Assembly (NCBI GenBank): GCA_020637195.1
Contig: JACJWK010000010.1
Span: forward strand, 1,674 to 65,673
Length of the DNA stretch: 64,000 nucleotides
Origin: Microthrixaceae bacterium
GTDB taxonomy: Bacteria > Actinomycetota > Acidimicrobiia > Acidimicrobiales > DATDAH01
Direction: 5' to 3'
Positions 7,805 through 16,890 of the stretch are shown in pieces (the stretch's first letter is position 1; every line of letters begins with the position of its first letter). The notes beneath the pieces were generated by a model, which had not been told where the DNA came from, searched no databases, and saw nothing but the letters and a program-made list of their open reading frames with translations. The translations under genes were made by a program, and so were the position numbers.

Positions 7805-10075
7805 ATGTCCGTGTCCATCCTGAAGTCTCGACGGAGCGTGGTCGCCGCGGCGCTCCTCGCGGTCGGCGGTGCCGCGTGGCTCCTCGCCGGCAGCACCGCG
7901 GCGGGTGCGCAGGAACCGGAGGTCGCGGGCGCGGCCGCGTCGATCGTGCTCACCGCGGACCAGGACACGGTGGTCGCCGGCGACGACATCGACTACCACG
8001 TGACGGTCACCAACACCGGCATCGTCGCGCTGACCGGGGTCGAGGTCATCGACCCGGCGGCGCCGGCCTGCTCGGGCCCGCTCGTCGACCTCGCGCCCGA
8101 GGACGAGTTCACCTACGACTGCTCGTACACGACGGTCGACCCCGACGACGTGGGCACCTACCCGAACGCCGCGGTCGTGATCTCGAACGAGGGCGCGCTC
8201 GCGCTCTCCGACACCGTCGAGACCACGGTCGAGGCGCCGCTGTCGGAGCTCACGGTCGTGAAGTCGGCCGACGAGACCGACGTGGTCGAGGGCGACGACA
8301 TCCACTTCCACGTCGAGGTCACCAACAGCGGCAACCAGCCCCTCACCGGCGTCGGCGTCACCGACGCCAGCGTCCCGGCCTGCGACTCGGCCATCGGGGC
8401 GATGGCGCCCGACGCGGTCACCACCATCGACTGCACCTACACCACCACCGGCGCCGATGTCGGCACGTTCAGCAACATCGCCGCGGCGGGCTCCGACCAG
8501 ACCGCGCCCGTCGACTCGAACCAGGTCGACGTCACGGTGGCCGCCGAGAGCTTCGGCCTCGACGCCACCCTGGCCGTCGACCAGGACGAGGTCGTCGCCT
8601 CCGAGGACCTCGACTACCACCTCACGCTGGAGAACACGGGCAACCGGCCGCTGACCGGGCTGGTCGTCACCGACGCCGCCGTGCCCGACTGCGAGGGCCC
8701 CGTGGCCGACCTGGCCGCCGGCGCCACGACGACGGTCGACTGCACCTACACCACCACCGACGGCGACGTCGGCACGTTCGCCAACAGCGCCTCGGTCGAC
8801 TCGAACGAGCTGACGACCGTCGACAGCAACGAGGTCACGAGCACCGTCATCGAGGCCGACCCCTCGATCACCATCGACCAGGACGTCGACCAGACCTCGG
8901 TGTTCATCACCCAGGACATCGACCTGCACATCACCCTCGAGAACACGGGCAACCAGACCCTCACCGGCATCCAGATCGTCGACTTCAAGGTGCCCGACTG
9001 CGCGGGACCGGTGCCCGACCTCGCCCCGGGCGCCAGCACCACCATCGACTGCACCCACCAGGCCGTGAAGGCCGACGCGCCGACCTTCCGCAACACCGCG
9101 GCGGTGGACACCACCCAGACGCCCCTCCTGGCGTCGAACCAGATCAGCGTGTCGGTCACCATCCCCACCTGCGGGAACCTGCCGGTCAACGTCTCGCTGG
9201 CCGAGGGTGACGTCCCCACCAACGGCAACGACGTCATCTTGGGCACCCCGGGCCCCGACGTCATCAACGGCATGGGCGGCGTCGACCGGGTCTGCGGGCT
9301 CGGGGGGGCTGACGTCATCAACGGCGGGTCGGGCAACGACCAGCTGTTCGGGATGAACGGCGACGACGAGATCCACGGCGGGTCGGGCAACGACTACATC
9401 ACCGGCGACGGCGGCGGCGGCATCAACCCCGGTGAGGACGTGATCACCGGCGACGGCGGCGCCGACTACCTCGACGCCGGCAACGGCGCTGACCAGGTCG
9501 ACGGCGGGCCGGGCAACGACACGGTGCTCGGCTACGGCGGCGACGACGTCCTCGAGGGCGGCGACGGCAACGACTACCTCGACGGCTTCGGCGGTCGTGA
9601 CACGATCACCGGCGGCGCCGGCGCCGACTCGATCTTCGGCGGCCCCATCGGCGACACGCTCGAGGGCGGCGACGGCAACGACTCGATCGTCGGCCAGGAC
9701 GGCAGCGACACCATCCGGGGTGGCGCCGGCACCGACACCCTGGTGGGCGGCAACGGCACCGACCTGCTGCTGGGCGACGGCGGGGACGACAACATCTCGG
9801 GCCAGGTGGGCAACGACACCGCCCGGGGCGGGCCCGGCAACGACGCGGTGCAGGGCGGCGCCGGCAACGACACCGTCCGGGGCAGCGGCGGCAACGACGT
9901 CGTGTTCGGCGACGCCGGCAACGACCGGGTGTTCGGCGACGCCGGCATCGACCGGGTGCTCGGCGGGCCCGGCAACGACCGGCTGAGCGGCGGTACCGGC
10001 CAGGACGGCTGCTTCGGTGACTCCGGGTTCGACGTGGCCGACGCCACCTGCGACGCCACCGCCGGCGTGCCCTGA
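7805..10075 (+). CDS. Secreted repeat protein: Sec signal peptide, 4 DUF11-type ('conserved repeat domain') modules, then a long RTX/hemolysin-type Ca-binding nonapeptide array
   Basis: Signal 'MSVSILKSRRSVVAAALLAVGGAAWLLAGSTAAGAQE'. Four ~103-aa repeats each contain 'D[IL]DYH[VL]T[VL].NTGN..LTG[VLI].V.D...P.C' and a second Cys ('DCTYTTT'). These are followed by more than 20 GGxGxDxxx repeats ('GGSGNDQLFGMNGDDEIHGGSGNDYITGDGG...'). Confidence 0.85.
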   Translation: MSVSILKSRRSVVAAALLAVGGAAWLLAGSTAAGAQEPEVAGAAASIVLTADQDTVVAGDDIDYHVTVTNTGIVALTGVEVIDPAAPACSGPLVDLAPEDEFTYDCSYTTVDPDDVGTYPNAAVVISNEGALALSDTVETTVEAPLSELTVVKSADETDVVEGDDIHFHVEVTNSGNQPLTGVGVTDASVPACDSAIGAMAPDAVTTIDCTYTTTGADVGTFSNIAAAGSDQTAPVDSNQVDVTVAAESFGLDATLAVDQDEVVASEDLDYHLTLENTGNRPLTGLVVTDAAVPDCEGPVADLAAGATTTVDCTYTTTDGDVGTFANSASVDSNELTTVDSNEVTSTVIEADPSITIDQDVDQTSVFITQDIDLHITLENTGNQTLTGIQIVDFKVPDCAGPVPDLAPGASTTIDCTHQAVKADAPTFRNTAAVDTTQTPLLASNQISVSVTIPTCGNLPVNVSLAEGDVPTNGNDVILGTPGPDVINGMGGVDRVCGLGGADVINGGSGNDQLFGMNGDDEIHGGSGNDYITGDGGGGINPGEDVITGDGGADYLDAGNGADQVDGGPGNDTVLGYGGDDVLEGGDGNDYLDGFGGRDTITGGAGADSIFGGPIGDTLEGGDGNDSIVGQDGSDTIRGGAGTDTLVGGNGTDLLLGDGGDDNISGQVGNDTARGGPGNDAVQGGAGNDTVRGSGGNDVVFGDAGNDRVFGDAGIDRVLGGPGNDRLSGGTGQDGCFGDSGFDVADATCDATAGVP
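7943..9180 (+). repeat. Four tandem ~309-nt coding repeats (DUF11-like modules)
   Basis: Periodicity is seen in the translated sequence. Boundaries are approximate. Confidence 0.7.
9230..10010 (+). repeat. RTX-type 27-nt (nonapeptide) coding repeat array
   Basis: Reiterated 'ggcggc..ggcaacgac' units encode GGxGNDxxx. Boundaries are approximate. Confidence 0.75.
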
Positions 10076-10118
10076 GCCACCGCGCCGCGCCGGGGAACCC
10101 GCGCCGGGAGGTCGGCCC

Positions 10119-10622
10119 TCAGGCCACCTCCCAGCCGGGGCGCGGCTCGTTGGCGGCCCGGGCCAGCGCGATGAGCGCCGTGGTGGTCTCCACCTGGAGC
10201 TCCGGCAGCTCGTCGGGTGGGAACCAGCGCACCTCGGCGATCTCGGGCGACACCGGTCGCACGGCGTCGAGGTCGGCGCCGGCGGCCGGTCGGGCGCGGT
10301 AGACCAGGTCGACCCGCTGGGGCACCGCGTCGACCACCGGCGCCGGCTCGCCGGCGAGCTCGACGTCGAGACCGACCTCCTCCCAGACCTCTCGCCGGGC
10401 GGCGTCCGCGGGCTCCTCGCGCCGGTTGAGCAGGCCGCCCGGGACGCCCCAACGGCTCCGGTAGCTGTGGCGGATCAACAAGACGGCCCCGTCGCGCCGC
10501 TCGATCACGCACATCGCGCCGACCGTGTACGACGGGGCGATCGTGCGCACCACCCAGCGTCGCCCGAGGGTGGGGAGGCGCTGGTAGCACCGCAGGGCGA
10601 AGCGGTGGAGGCGAGCCGGCAC
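10119..10622 (-). CDS. NUDIX hydrolase
   Basis: NUDIX box 'GGLLNRREEPADAARREVWEEVGL'. Start set at GTG 10622, 5 nt downstream of the upstream gene's TGA stop (10627-10629), no overlap. Confidence 0.8.
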   Translation of the reverse strand: MPARLHRFALRCYQRLPTLGRRWVVRTIAPSYTVGAMCVIERRDGAVLLIRHSYRSRWGVPGGLLNRREEPADAARREVWEEVGLDVELAGEPAPVVDAVPQRVDLVYRARPAAGADLDAVRPVSPEIAEVRWFPPDELPELQVETTTALIALARAANEPRPGWEVA

Positions 10623-10626
10623 CGGG

Positions 10627-11412
10627 TCAGGATAGGGGTGGGGGTGCGCCGAACGTCCGCCGGGCCGCCAGCAGCTCGTCGAGCAGCGCCGGGGTGGCGG
10701 CGGCCACCGGCGTGCGGCGGGCGGCGTGGTCGAGGGTGACCAGCTCGCGGTCGTGGGCGTCGACCACCGGCACGCCCGCCTCCCGGCACACCAGGAGGGC
10801 GCCGAGGTAGTCCCAGACACCGTGGGCGTCCACGGAGCAGTCGGCGAAGGCGTCGAGCGTCCCGTCGGCGACGGCGCACAGGTCGAGGGCGACCGCACCG
10901 AGTGCCCGGAACTGCGCCCAGCCGAGTTGGCGCGGGGGCAGGCCCGACAGGCCGACCAGCGCCTCGTCCAGGCGATCGCACCCGCTGGGGCGCAGCGGCG
11001 CGCCGTCGACGGTCGCGCCACCGCCGCGCCTCGCCTCGTACCGGCGCCCGGTCACGAGGTTGCGGACGTGGGCCACCAGCGGGCCCTGGTCGTCGACGAC
11101 GCAGAGGCTCGTCGCGAACCACGCCAGCCGTCGCGACGCATTGGTGGAACCGTCGAGTGGATCGACGACCACCACGCGCGCCGCGTCGGGTCGGTGGGTG
11201 CCGGACTCCTCGCTCAGCACGCCCACCCCGGCCCCCTCGAGGACGTCGCGGACCGCGGCGTCGGCCACGACGTCGCTGCGGTACTGCCCGTCCCGCGCGC
11301 CCGACGGCCCCCAGTCGACGAGGGTGCCGAGCGCGTCGGCGACCGCGTCCCCGGCCCGCCGGAGCAGTGCCGGCAGTTCGTCGTCGTCCACGGGTGGCTC
11401 CTGTGTCGGCAT
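10627..11412 (-). CDS. Inositol monophosphatase family protein (SuhB / CysQ / HisN-type; subfamily not resolvable by eye)
   Basis: Motifs 'VLSEESG', 'VVVDPLDGSTNA' and 'WDYLGALLVCREAG'. Start set at the internal ATG 11412 (MPTQEPP...). Confidence 0.8.
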   Translation of the reverse strand: MPTQEPPVDDDELPALLRRAGDAVADALGTLVDWGPSGARDGQYRSDVVADAAVRDVLEGAGVGVLSEESGTHRPDAARVVVVDPLDGSTNASRRLAWFATSLCVVDDQGPLVAHVRNLVTGRRYEARRGGGATVDGAPLRPSGCDRLDEALVGLSGLPPRQLGWAQFRALGAVALDLCAVADGTLDAFADCSVDAHGVWDYLGALLVCREAGVPVVDAHDRELVTLDHAARRTPVAAATPALLDELLAARRTFGAPPPLS

Positions 11413-11440
11413 TGTCGGACCTCCGTGGCAGGCTAGGGAC

Positions 11441-12004
11441 GTGGCCGCCATCGACGTCGCCGGTTTCATCGCTGACCTGAAGGACCACGCCGTGGACCAC
11501 GGGTTCCACGTCCACGACGAGCGGCACTTCGTCGAGTCCTACTCGCTGCGTCAGGCCTGGGAGGTCGACCTGCACCCCGAGGAGGCGTGCGGCGGCCCGC
11601 TCGACCTCCACCTGTCGCTCGAGGTCGACCCCCGCGTCCTGCTGTCGTTCGAGGACAAGGTGCTCGAGCTCGCCGATCCCGACGAGCCGCCCGACGAGTT
11701 CCACTTCCCGATGCTGTTCACGTGGGCGCTGCCGCCCCTGCCCCTCGGCCCCGACCTGCTCGTGCTGGCCACCGAGCTCGCCGGCGTCGGCGGGCCCGAC
11801 CTGCCCCTCGAGGTGTCGGCCATCGACTCGTTCGCGTCCGTCACCGACGCCCCCGAGCGCAGCCTCGCCATCGTCGCCCGCATCGAGGTGTCGCTGGCCA
11901 AGGTGTTCCTCGGCCAGGAGCTGCTGTGCGAGGTCCTCGACCGGTGCCTCGCCGTCAGCCAGTACCTGCTCGACCGGGCCCCCGTGTGGCTCGACGAGGT
12001 CTGA
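11441..12004 (+). CDS. Hypothetical acidic protein (187 aa), no recognisable domain
   Basis: Very high GC3 from GTG 11441 onward. The upstream part of the ORF-track frame is antisense to the IMPase gene. Confidence 0.55.
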   Translation: MAAIDVAGFIADLKDHAVDHGFHVHDERHFVESYSLRQAWEVDLHPEEACGGPLDLHLSLEVDPRVLLSFEDKVLELADPDEPPDEFHFPMLFTWALPPLPLGPDLLVLATELAGVGGPDLPLEVSAIDSFASVTDAPERSLAIVARIEVSLAKVFLGQELLCEVLDRCLAVSQYLLDRAPVWLDEV

Positions 12005-12022
12005 GCGGCGGCCGAGCCCGAC

Positions 12023-13342
12023 TCAGCGGCGGCCCGAGGCCAACCACGCCCCCACCGCGAGGACGTGGCGGTCGCTCCCCCGCCGCCCCACCACCTGCAC
12101 CCCGACGGGCAGCCCGTCGACCCGGGCGAACGGGACGCACAGCACCGGTAGGCCGGTGAGCGAGAAGGGCACCGTCAGCGCCAGCAGTGCCGGCCGCAGG
12201 GCGAGCGGGCCGGACTCCAGCTCGACCTCGGTGCTGCCTCGTGGCGGCGCCGGGACCGGGGCGGCCGGCAGGACGAGGGCGTCGACCCGGCCGGCGGCGG
12301 CGTCGAGCGCGTCGGCGAGCTCGGCCCGCGCGGCGTGAGCCTCCTGCTCGGCCCCGCTCGTCACCCGCTCCCCGTCCCCGAGCTGGCTCCGCACCGTCGG
12401 CGTGAAGCCATCGGGTGCGACCCGGAGGGCCTCGGCGTGCACGCGTGCCGCCTCGGGGCCCTGGATGGCCCGGAAGACGTCGAGCGCGTCCTCGATGCCG
12501 GGGAGGTCGAGGTCGACGACGTCCACGCCGGCCCGCCGGACCATGTCGAGCCACCCCTCGAAGGCGTGGCGCACGGGCCGCGACAACCGGCCCGCGAGGA
12601 AGCCGAGGGGCACGGCGAAGCGCGCGGGCATGCGGGGCAGGACGGGCGCCGGGGCGCGGCCCGCCAACACGGCGTCGAGCAGCGCCGCGTCCGCGACCGA
12701 CCGGGCCAGTGGCCCGGCGTGGTCGCACGTGAGGCTGAGGGGGAGCGCCCCGTCGAGGGGCACCCGACCGGTGGTGGGCTTGAAGCCGACGATCCCGCAG
12801 TGGCTGGCCGGGACGCGGATCGAGCCGCCGGTGTCGGTGCCCAGCGAGGCGAGGCCGATGCCCGCCGCGACGGCCACGGCCGACCCGCTGCTCGAGCCGC
12901 CCGACTGGCGCGCGGGGTCGTGGGGGTTGCGGACGTCGCCCGTCCAGGCGTTCTCCCCGGTGATGCCGTAGGCGACCTCGTGCAGGTTCGTGGTGGCGAG
13001 GACGATGGCCCCCGCCGCCCGGAGGCGGCCCACCGCCGTGCCCTGCGGGCCGAGGTCGGGAAGGGGCGCCCGGGTGCCGGCCCCGAGCGGGAAGCCGTCC
13101 ACCACGAAGAGGTCCTTCACGGTGATCGGCAGTCCGTGCAGCGGGCCCACCACCTCGCCTGCGGCCAACTGCGCGTCGCGCTCGGCGGCGAGTGCCCGGG
13201 CGCCGTCGGCGTCGAGGTGGGCCACGGCGTTCAGGTCGGCGCGGTCCTCGGCGCGGGCGATCGACGCCTCCACCAGCTCGGCCGCCGTGGTGGTGCCCGC
13301 CCGCAGGGCGGCGGCCGCCGCCCCGAGCGTGTCAGCGTCCAT
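12023..13342 (-). CDS. Amidase (amidase-signature family, GatA-like)
   Basis: AS signature 'GGSSSGSAVAVAAGIGLASLGTDTGGSIRVPA'. Confidence 0.85.
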   Translation of the reverse strand: MDADTLGAAAAALRAGTTTAAELVEASIARAEDRADLNAVAHLDADGARALAAERDAQLAAGEVVGPLHGLPITVKDLFVVDGFPLGAGTRAPLPDLGPQGTAVGRLRAAGAIVLATTNLHEVAYGITGENAWTGDVRNPHDPARQSGGSSSGSAVAVAAGIGLASLGTDTGGSIRVPASHCGIVGFKPTTGRVPLDGALPLSLTCDHAGPLARSVADAALLDAVLAGRAPAPVLPRMPARFAVPLGFLAGRLSRPVRHAFEGWLDMVRRAGVDVVDLDLPGIEDALDVFRAIQGPEAARVHAEALRVAPDGFTPTVRSQLGDGERVTSGAEQEAHAARAELADALDAAAGRVDALVLPAAPVPAPPRGSTEVELESGPLALRPALLALTVPFSLTGLPVLCVPFARVDGLPVGVQVVGRRGSDRHVLAVGAWLASGRR

Positions 13343-14852
13343 CGGCGAGCGGCGCGGGGTCCCCGGCCAGGGCGGAGGGGCGCGGGACCATGGCCGGGTG
13401 CGGTGGCGGGAAGCGCCCCACGCCGCCGTCGAGCAGCATCAGTCCCGTCATGGTCCGATCGAGGTGGTTCATCCTCCACTCGAGCATGGCCTGAGCTTCG
13501 CGGAGCACGACCGCGGGATCGTGGACCTCCGTGCGCCAGGTCGGGTCGGCGGCGAGGTCGTAGCACCGCCACGAGCCGTCGCCGAAGTGGACGTAGGCGC
13601 GCTCGGCGCTGCGGCGGACCGCGAGGTGGAAGGTCTCGGGCCGGCGGTCCCAGGGCCACGGGAACTCGCCGAGGAACTGCACGACGTCACGCCAGTCCCA
13701 CTCGTAGAAGGCGGCGTCGCGCCACCACGGCGGCTCCTCGCCGTCCAGGAAAGGGGTGAGGGGCACCCCGTCGCACTGGACCGGGACCTCGATGCCCATC
13801 GCGTCGCAGAGCGTCGGGAACACGTCGACGTTCTCGGTGAAGCGGTCGACGACCGTCCCGTGCCCTGCGGGGCGGCGGGGGTCGCGCCACAGGCCGATCA
13901 CCCGGTAGCTGGCGTCGAAGAACCCGGCCTTCTCGATCAGACCCTGGTCGCCGAGCTGCTCGCCGTGGTCCGCCACCACGACGACGACGGTGTCGTCCCA
14001 CCGGCCCAGGCGCTCCAGCGCCGCCCGCACGCGCCCGACCTGGTGGTCGACGTCACCGATCATCCCGTAGTACTGGGCGCGCAGGTGCCGCATCCCCTCC
14101 TCGTCGGCCGGGGCGGCGAGGCTCGGGTGCTCGAGCATGTGCCCGTGGAGGGGGTGGCGATCGTCCGCCGGGGGCACCGGGAGCGGCACGTCGGCGGGGT
14201 CGTAGGCGCGGCTCCAGTGGCCGGCGGCCGCGTAGGGCGGGTGGGGACGCAGGTACGAGGCGTGGGCGAACCAGGGCTCGCCCCCGTCGGCCTGCGCCTC
14301 GATCCAGGCGATGAGCCGGTCGGTCAGGAACGCGGAAACGCCGTGGTCGGCGGGCCGGTCGGGCTCGGTGGCCAGGACCGCCTCGGGGTCATCGGCGACG
14401 TCGTGGCCGAGCGTGCGCAGCCAGTCGATCCAGGGCCCGACCTCGGTGGGCAGGTGCAGCACCGCGTCGAATCCGGCCAGCACCCCCTCGTAGGTGTCCA
14501 GGCGAGGGTCGTCGGGCCCGGTGGCCAACCGGGGGTCGATGCCCTGGTCGGTGTAGCCGAACAGCGCCGGCCGGTAGCCCGCTCTGCGTGCCGCCAGCGC
14601 GAGGTTGTCGAAGCGGCTGTCGAGGGGCGTGCCGTTGCTGACCACGCGGTTGTTCATCTGGTACGTGCCGGTGTAGAGCGCGGCACGACCCGGGCTGCAC
14701 GGCGCGGCCTGCGAGTAGTGGTTCGCGAGGCGCACCCCGTCGGCGGCGAGCGCGTCCAGGTTCGGGGTCTGCACGACCGGGTGGCCCGCGCACGAGAGGG
14801 AGTCCGCCCGGAACTGGTCGAGGGTGACGAGCAGGACGTTCGGCCGGTCCAC
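13332..14852 (-). CDS. Sulfatase (alkaline-phosphatase superfamily, Cys-type formylglycine motif)
   Basis: 'NVLLVTLDQFRAD' and the 'APCSPGRAALYTG' C-x-P-x-R sulfatase signature. GTG start. Overlaps the amidase start by 11 nt. Confidence 0.85.
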   Translation of the reverse strand: MDRPNVLLVTLDQFRADSLSCAGHPVVQTPNLDALAADGVRLANHYSQAAPCSPGRAALYTGTYQMNNRVVSNGTPLDSRFDNLALAARRAGYRPALFGYTDQGIDPRLATGPDDPRLDTYEGVLAGFDAVLHLPTEVGPWIDWLRTLGHDVADDPEAVLATEPDRPADHGVSAFLTDRLIAWIEAQADGGEPWFAHASYLRPHPPYAAAGHWSRAYDPADVPLPVPPADDRHPLHGHMLEHPSLAAPADEEGMRHLRAQYYGMIGDVDHQVGRVRAALERLGRWDDTVVVVVADHGEQLGDQGLIEKAGFFDASYRVIGLWRDPRRPAGHGTVVDRFTENVDVFPTLCDAMGIEVPVQCDGVPLTPFLDGEEPPWWRDAAFYEWDWRDVVQFLGEFPWPWDRRPETFHLAVRRSAERAYVHFGDGSWRCYDLAADPTWRTEVHDPAVVLREAQAMLEWRMNHLDRTMTGLMLLDGGVGRFPPPHPAMVPRPSALAGDPAPLADGR

Positions 14853-14861
14853 CGGGCCGCC

Positions 14862-15764
14862 TCAGCCGTCGGCGTGCGCGAGGAGCAGCGCTCGCAGCGC
14901 GGTGGGGTCCACGTCGGCGGGCTCGGTGGCGTCGAGGAACTCGAGCAGGGCCTCGAGGAACTCCTCCGGGCACTCGACGTGGGGGAAGTGGCCCGCACCC
15001 TCGATGATCTCGAGGCGGCTGCCGGGGATGGCCTCGTGGGCCGCGTGGGCGTGGTCGACCGGGATGATCTCGTCCTGGTCGCCCCACACGATGAGGGTGG
15101 GCAGGTGGGCGGCTAGGTAGAGCCGGTCCAGCGCGCTCACCGTCTGGCCCCCGGGGTCCACGACGCCCCGCATCGTGCGGACGAACGCGGAGCGGTTCTG
15201 CGAGTCGGTGAGCGACCCGTAGGCGCGCCACATCTCGCTGACCCGCGCCGACCGGAGGCCCCGATCGCCCAGCCAGCGCCCGGTGGCGTCACCCCAGGGC
15301 CGCACGAAGCGCGGGAAGAGCAGGGGCATGACGTACTCGGCACCGGGCAGGGTGAGCGCCCGCAGCATCCAGCTGACCTCGCGGCCGAGGCCGCCGCTGT
15401 TCACGAGCACGAGGCGCTCGCACAGCTCGGGGTGCTGGTACGCGAGCTGCATGGCGACGCCGCCCCCGAAGGACTGACCGACGACCGTCGCCCGGGTGAC
15501 GCCGAGCACGCCCAACAGGTCGCGCAGGCCGCTGGCGACGGCCCCGAGCGAGTAGTCGCCCATGGGCTTGGCCGACTCGCCGTGACCCAGGAGGTCGGGG
15601 GCGATCACGGTGTACTCCTTGGCCAGTCTCGGCATGACCTCCTTCCAGGCCGCCGAGCTGCCGGCGATGCCGTGGATCAGGAGGAGCACCGGGCCCGAGC
15701 CGCCCATCCGGTAGCCCACCTCGTGACCGTGGATGCGGACGTGCTGGAGGGCGAGCTCGGCCAT
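14862..15764 (-). CDS. Alpha/beta-fold hydrolase
   Basis: 'VLLLIHGIAGSSAAW' and nucleophile elbow 'GQSFGGGVAM'. Stop lies 10 nt upstream of the sulfatase start. Confidence 0.8.
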   Translation of the reverse strand: MAELALQHVRIHGHEVGYRMGGSGPVLLLIHGIAGSSAAWKEVMPRLAKEYTVIAPDLLGHGESAKPMGDYSLGAVASGLRDLLGVLGVTRATVVGQSFGGGVAMQLAYQHPELCERLVLVNSGGLGREVSWMLRALTLPGAEYVMPLLFPRFVRPWGDATGRWLGDRGLRSARVSEMWRAYGSLTDSQNRSAFVRTMRGVVDPGGQTVSALDRLYLAAHLPTLIVWGDQDEIIPVDHAHAAHEAIPGSRLEIIEGAGHFPHVECPEEFLEALLEFLDATEPADVDPTALRALLLAHADG

Positions 15765-15806
15765 CGGGACAGCTTTCCACGCCGGCCCGGCGTGCGGCAC
15801 GCCCGC

Positions 15807-16283
15807 TCAGCCGGCAGGGGTGGCGCTGAGGCTGCGGTCCCCCAGGGGGGCGTCGAGCGACACGGCCAGCTCCTGGGCCTCGGCGATCTCGATGCACGCA
15901 CGGTCGACGGCGTCGGGGCGCGTGCCGGTCTCGAGGGTGACCACGACCGCGTCGTCGCTCTCCTCCACGGTGGCGTGCGCCCCGTAGCAGTCCTGCACGC
16001 CCCCGTAGAAGCGCACCAGCACGGTCGCGTCGTCGTCGGGGTCGACCAGCAACTCGCTCGGCTCGGCGATGACGGCGCCGACCAGGTCCTGCGTCGGCTC
16101 GATGCGGGTCCAGGTCACGTCGCCCGTCGCCGTGCCCGGGATCGACTGGACGGTGGGGGCCGACGTGGTGGCGTCGTCGCCGCTCCCGGTGCTGGCGACG
16201 TCGTCGTCGGCGCTCCCGCAGGCGCCGAGGAGCAGCGCCAGCGCCAGGCCGGCGGCGAGGACGGGGGTTCGCAGCGCTCGCAT
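15807..16283 (-). CDS. Putative lipoprotein
   Basis: Signal plus lipobox 'LALALLLGAC|GS'. Confidence 0.65.
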   Translation of the reverse strand: MRALRTPVLAAGLALALLLGACGSADDDVASTGSGDDATTSAPTVQSIPGTATGDVTWTRIEPTQDLVGAVIAEPSELLVDPDDDATVLVRFYGGVQDCYGAHATVEESDDAVVVTLETGTRPDAVDRACIEIAEAQELAVSLDAPLGDRSLSATPAG

Positions 16284-16377
16284 GGGATCACCTCACGGGT
16301 CGGGCGCGCCGGATGCGCGTGGACGGCGACTTGGACGTCGCGGGCGGGCCCCCTGGTTCCCGAGGGCCCGGTTCGGC

Positions 16378-16803
16378 TCACCGGGGCGGGGGCACCTGAC
16401 CGGGGTGCGCCGCCCGCCACCGGTCGAGACGGATGCGGTAGTCGAGCCACTCGGCCAGGCTGTGCAGGGCGAGGGCGACGACGCCGTAGATGACGATGGC
16501 GAACAGCACCGCGAAGTCGAGGATCGACCCGTTGCCCGCCTGCTTGGTGGGGAAGATGCCGCGGAAGGGCTCCATCACCCGGTCGGCGCTGCGGTACACC
16601 CACTCCGAGAACGACGCCGTCGGGTCGGCGTTGAACAGCAACAGGAGGAACTCGAGGACGAGCAGGATCACCGCGACCAGCACGAAGGCGTACACCAACC
16701 AGGTGAGCACCTTGGCCACCCGCAGGCCGGTGATGGTGGTCGAGTCGGGCGGCGGCGCGGCACCCTCGGCGGGGGCCGGCGAGCCGGACGGCATGGGTTC
16801 CAT
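16378..16803 (-). CDS. YggT-like small integral membrane protein (putative)
   Basis: Two hydrophobic helices flank 'RVMEPFRGIFP...SILDFAVLFAIV'. The assignment is tentative. Confidence 0.5.
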   Translation of the reverse strand: MEPMPSGSPAPAEGAAPPPDSTTITGLRVAKVLTWLVYAFVLVAVILLVLEFLLLLFNADPTASFSEWVYRSADRVMEPFRGIFPTKQAGNGSILDFAVLFAIVIYGVVALALHSLAEWLDYRIRLDRWRAAHPGQVPPPR

Positions 16804-16890
16804 GGCCGCGACGTTACCGGTGGACGCCCGCGGAGAGCAGGGATGTCCGCGGGCCGACACGACCCGACCACGGCGTGCCATCATCGGGCC

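Noticed and set aside
3622-10010. Regularly spaced short DNA repeats (3622-3995 and 9230-10010) that could superficially resemble a CRISPR array.
   Set aside because: The repeats are in-frame coding units (DxDGDG and GGxGxDxxx) inside high-GC3 ORFs. The 'spacers' are conserved linkers, and no cas genes are present.
12005-12040. Direct repeat 'AGCGGCGGCC' occurring twice between the convergent stops of 11441..12004 and the amidase gene, and several GC-rich stretches after convergent gene ends, all considered as intrinsic terminators.
   Set aside because: The repeats are direct, not inverted. I could not fold a convincing stem-loop with a U-tract at any convergent junction by eye, so no terminator features are claimed.
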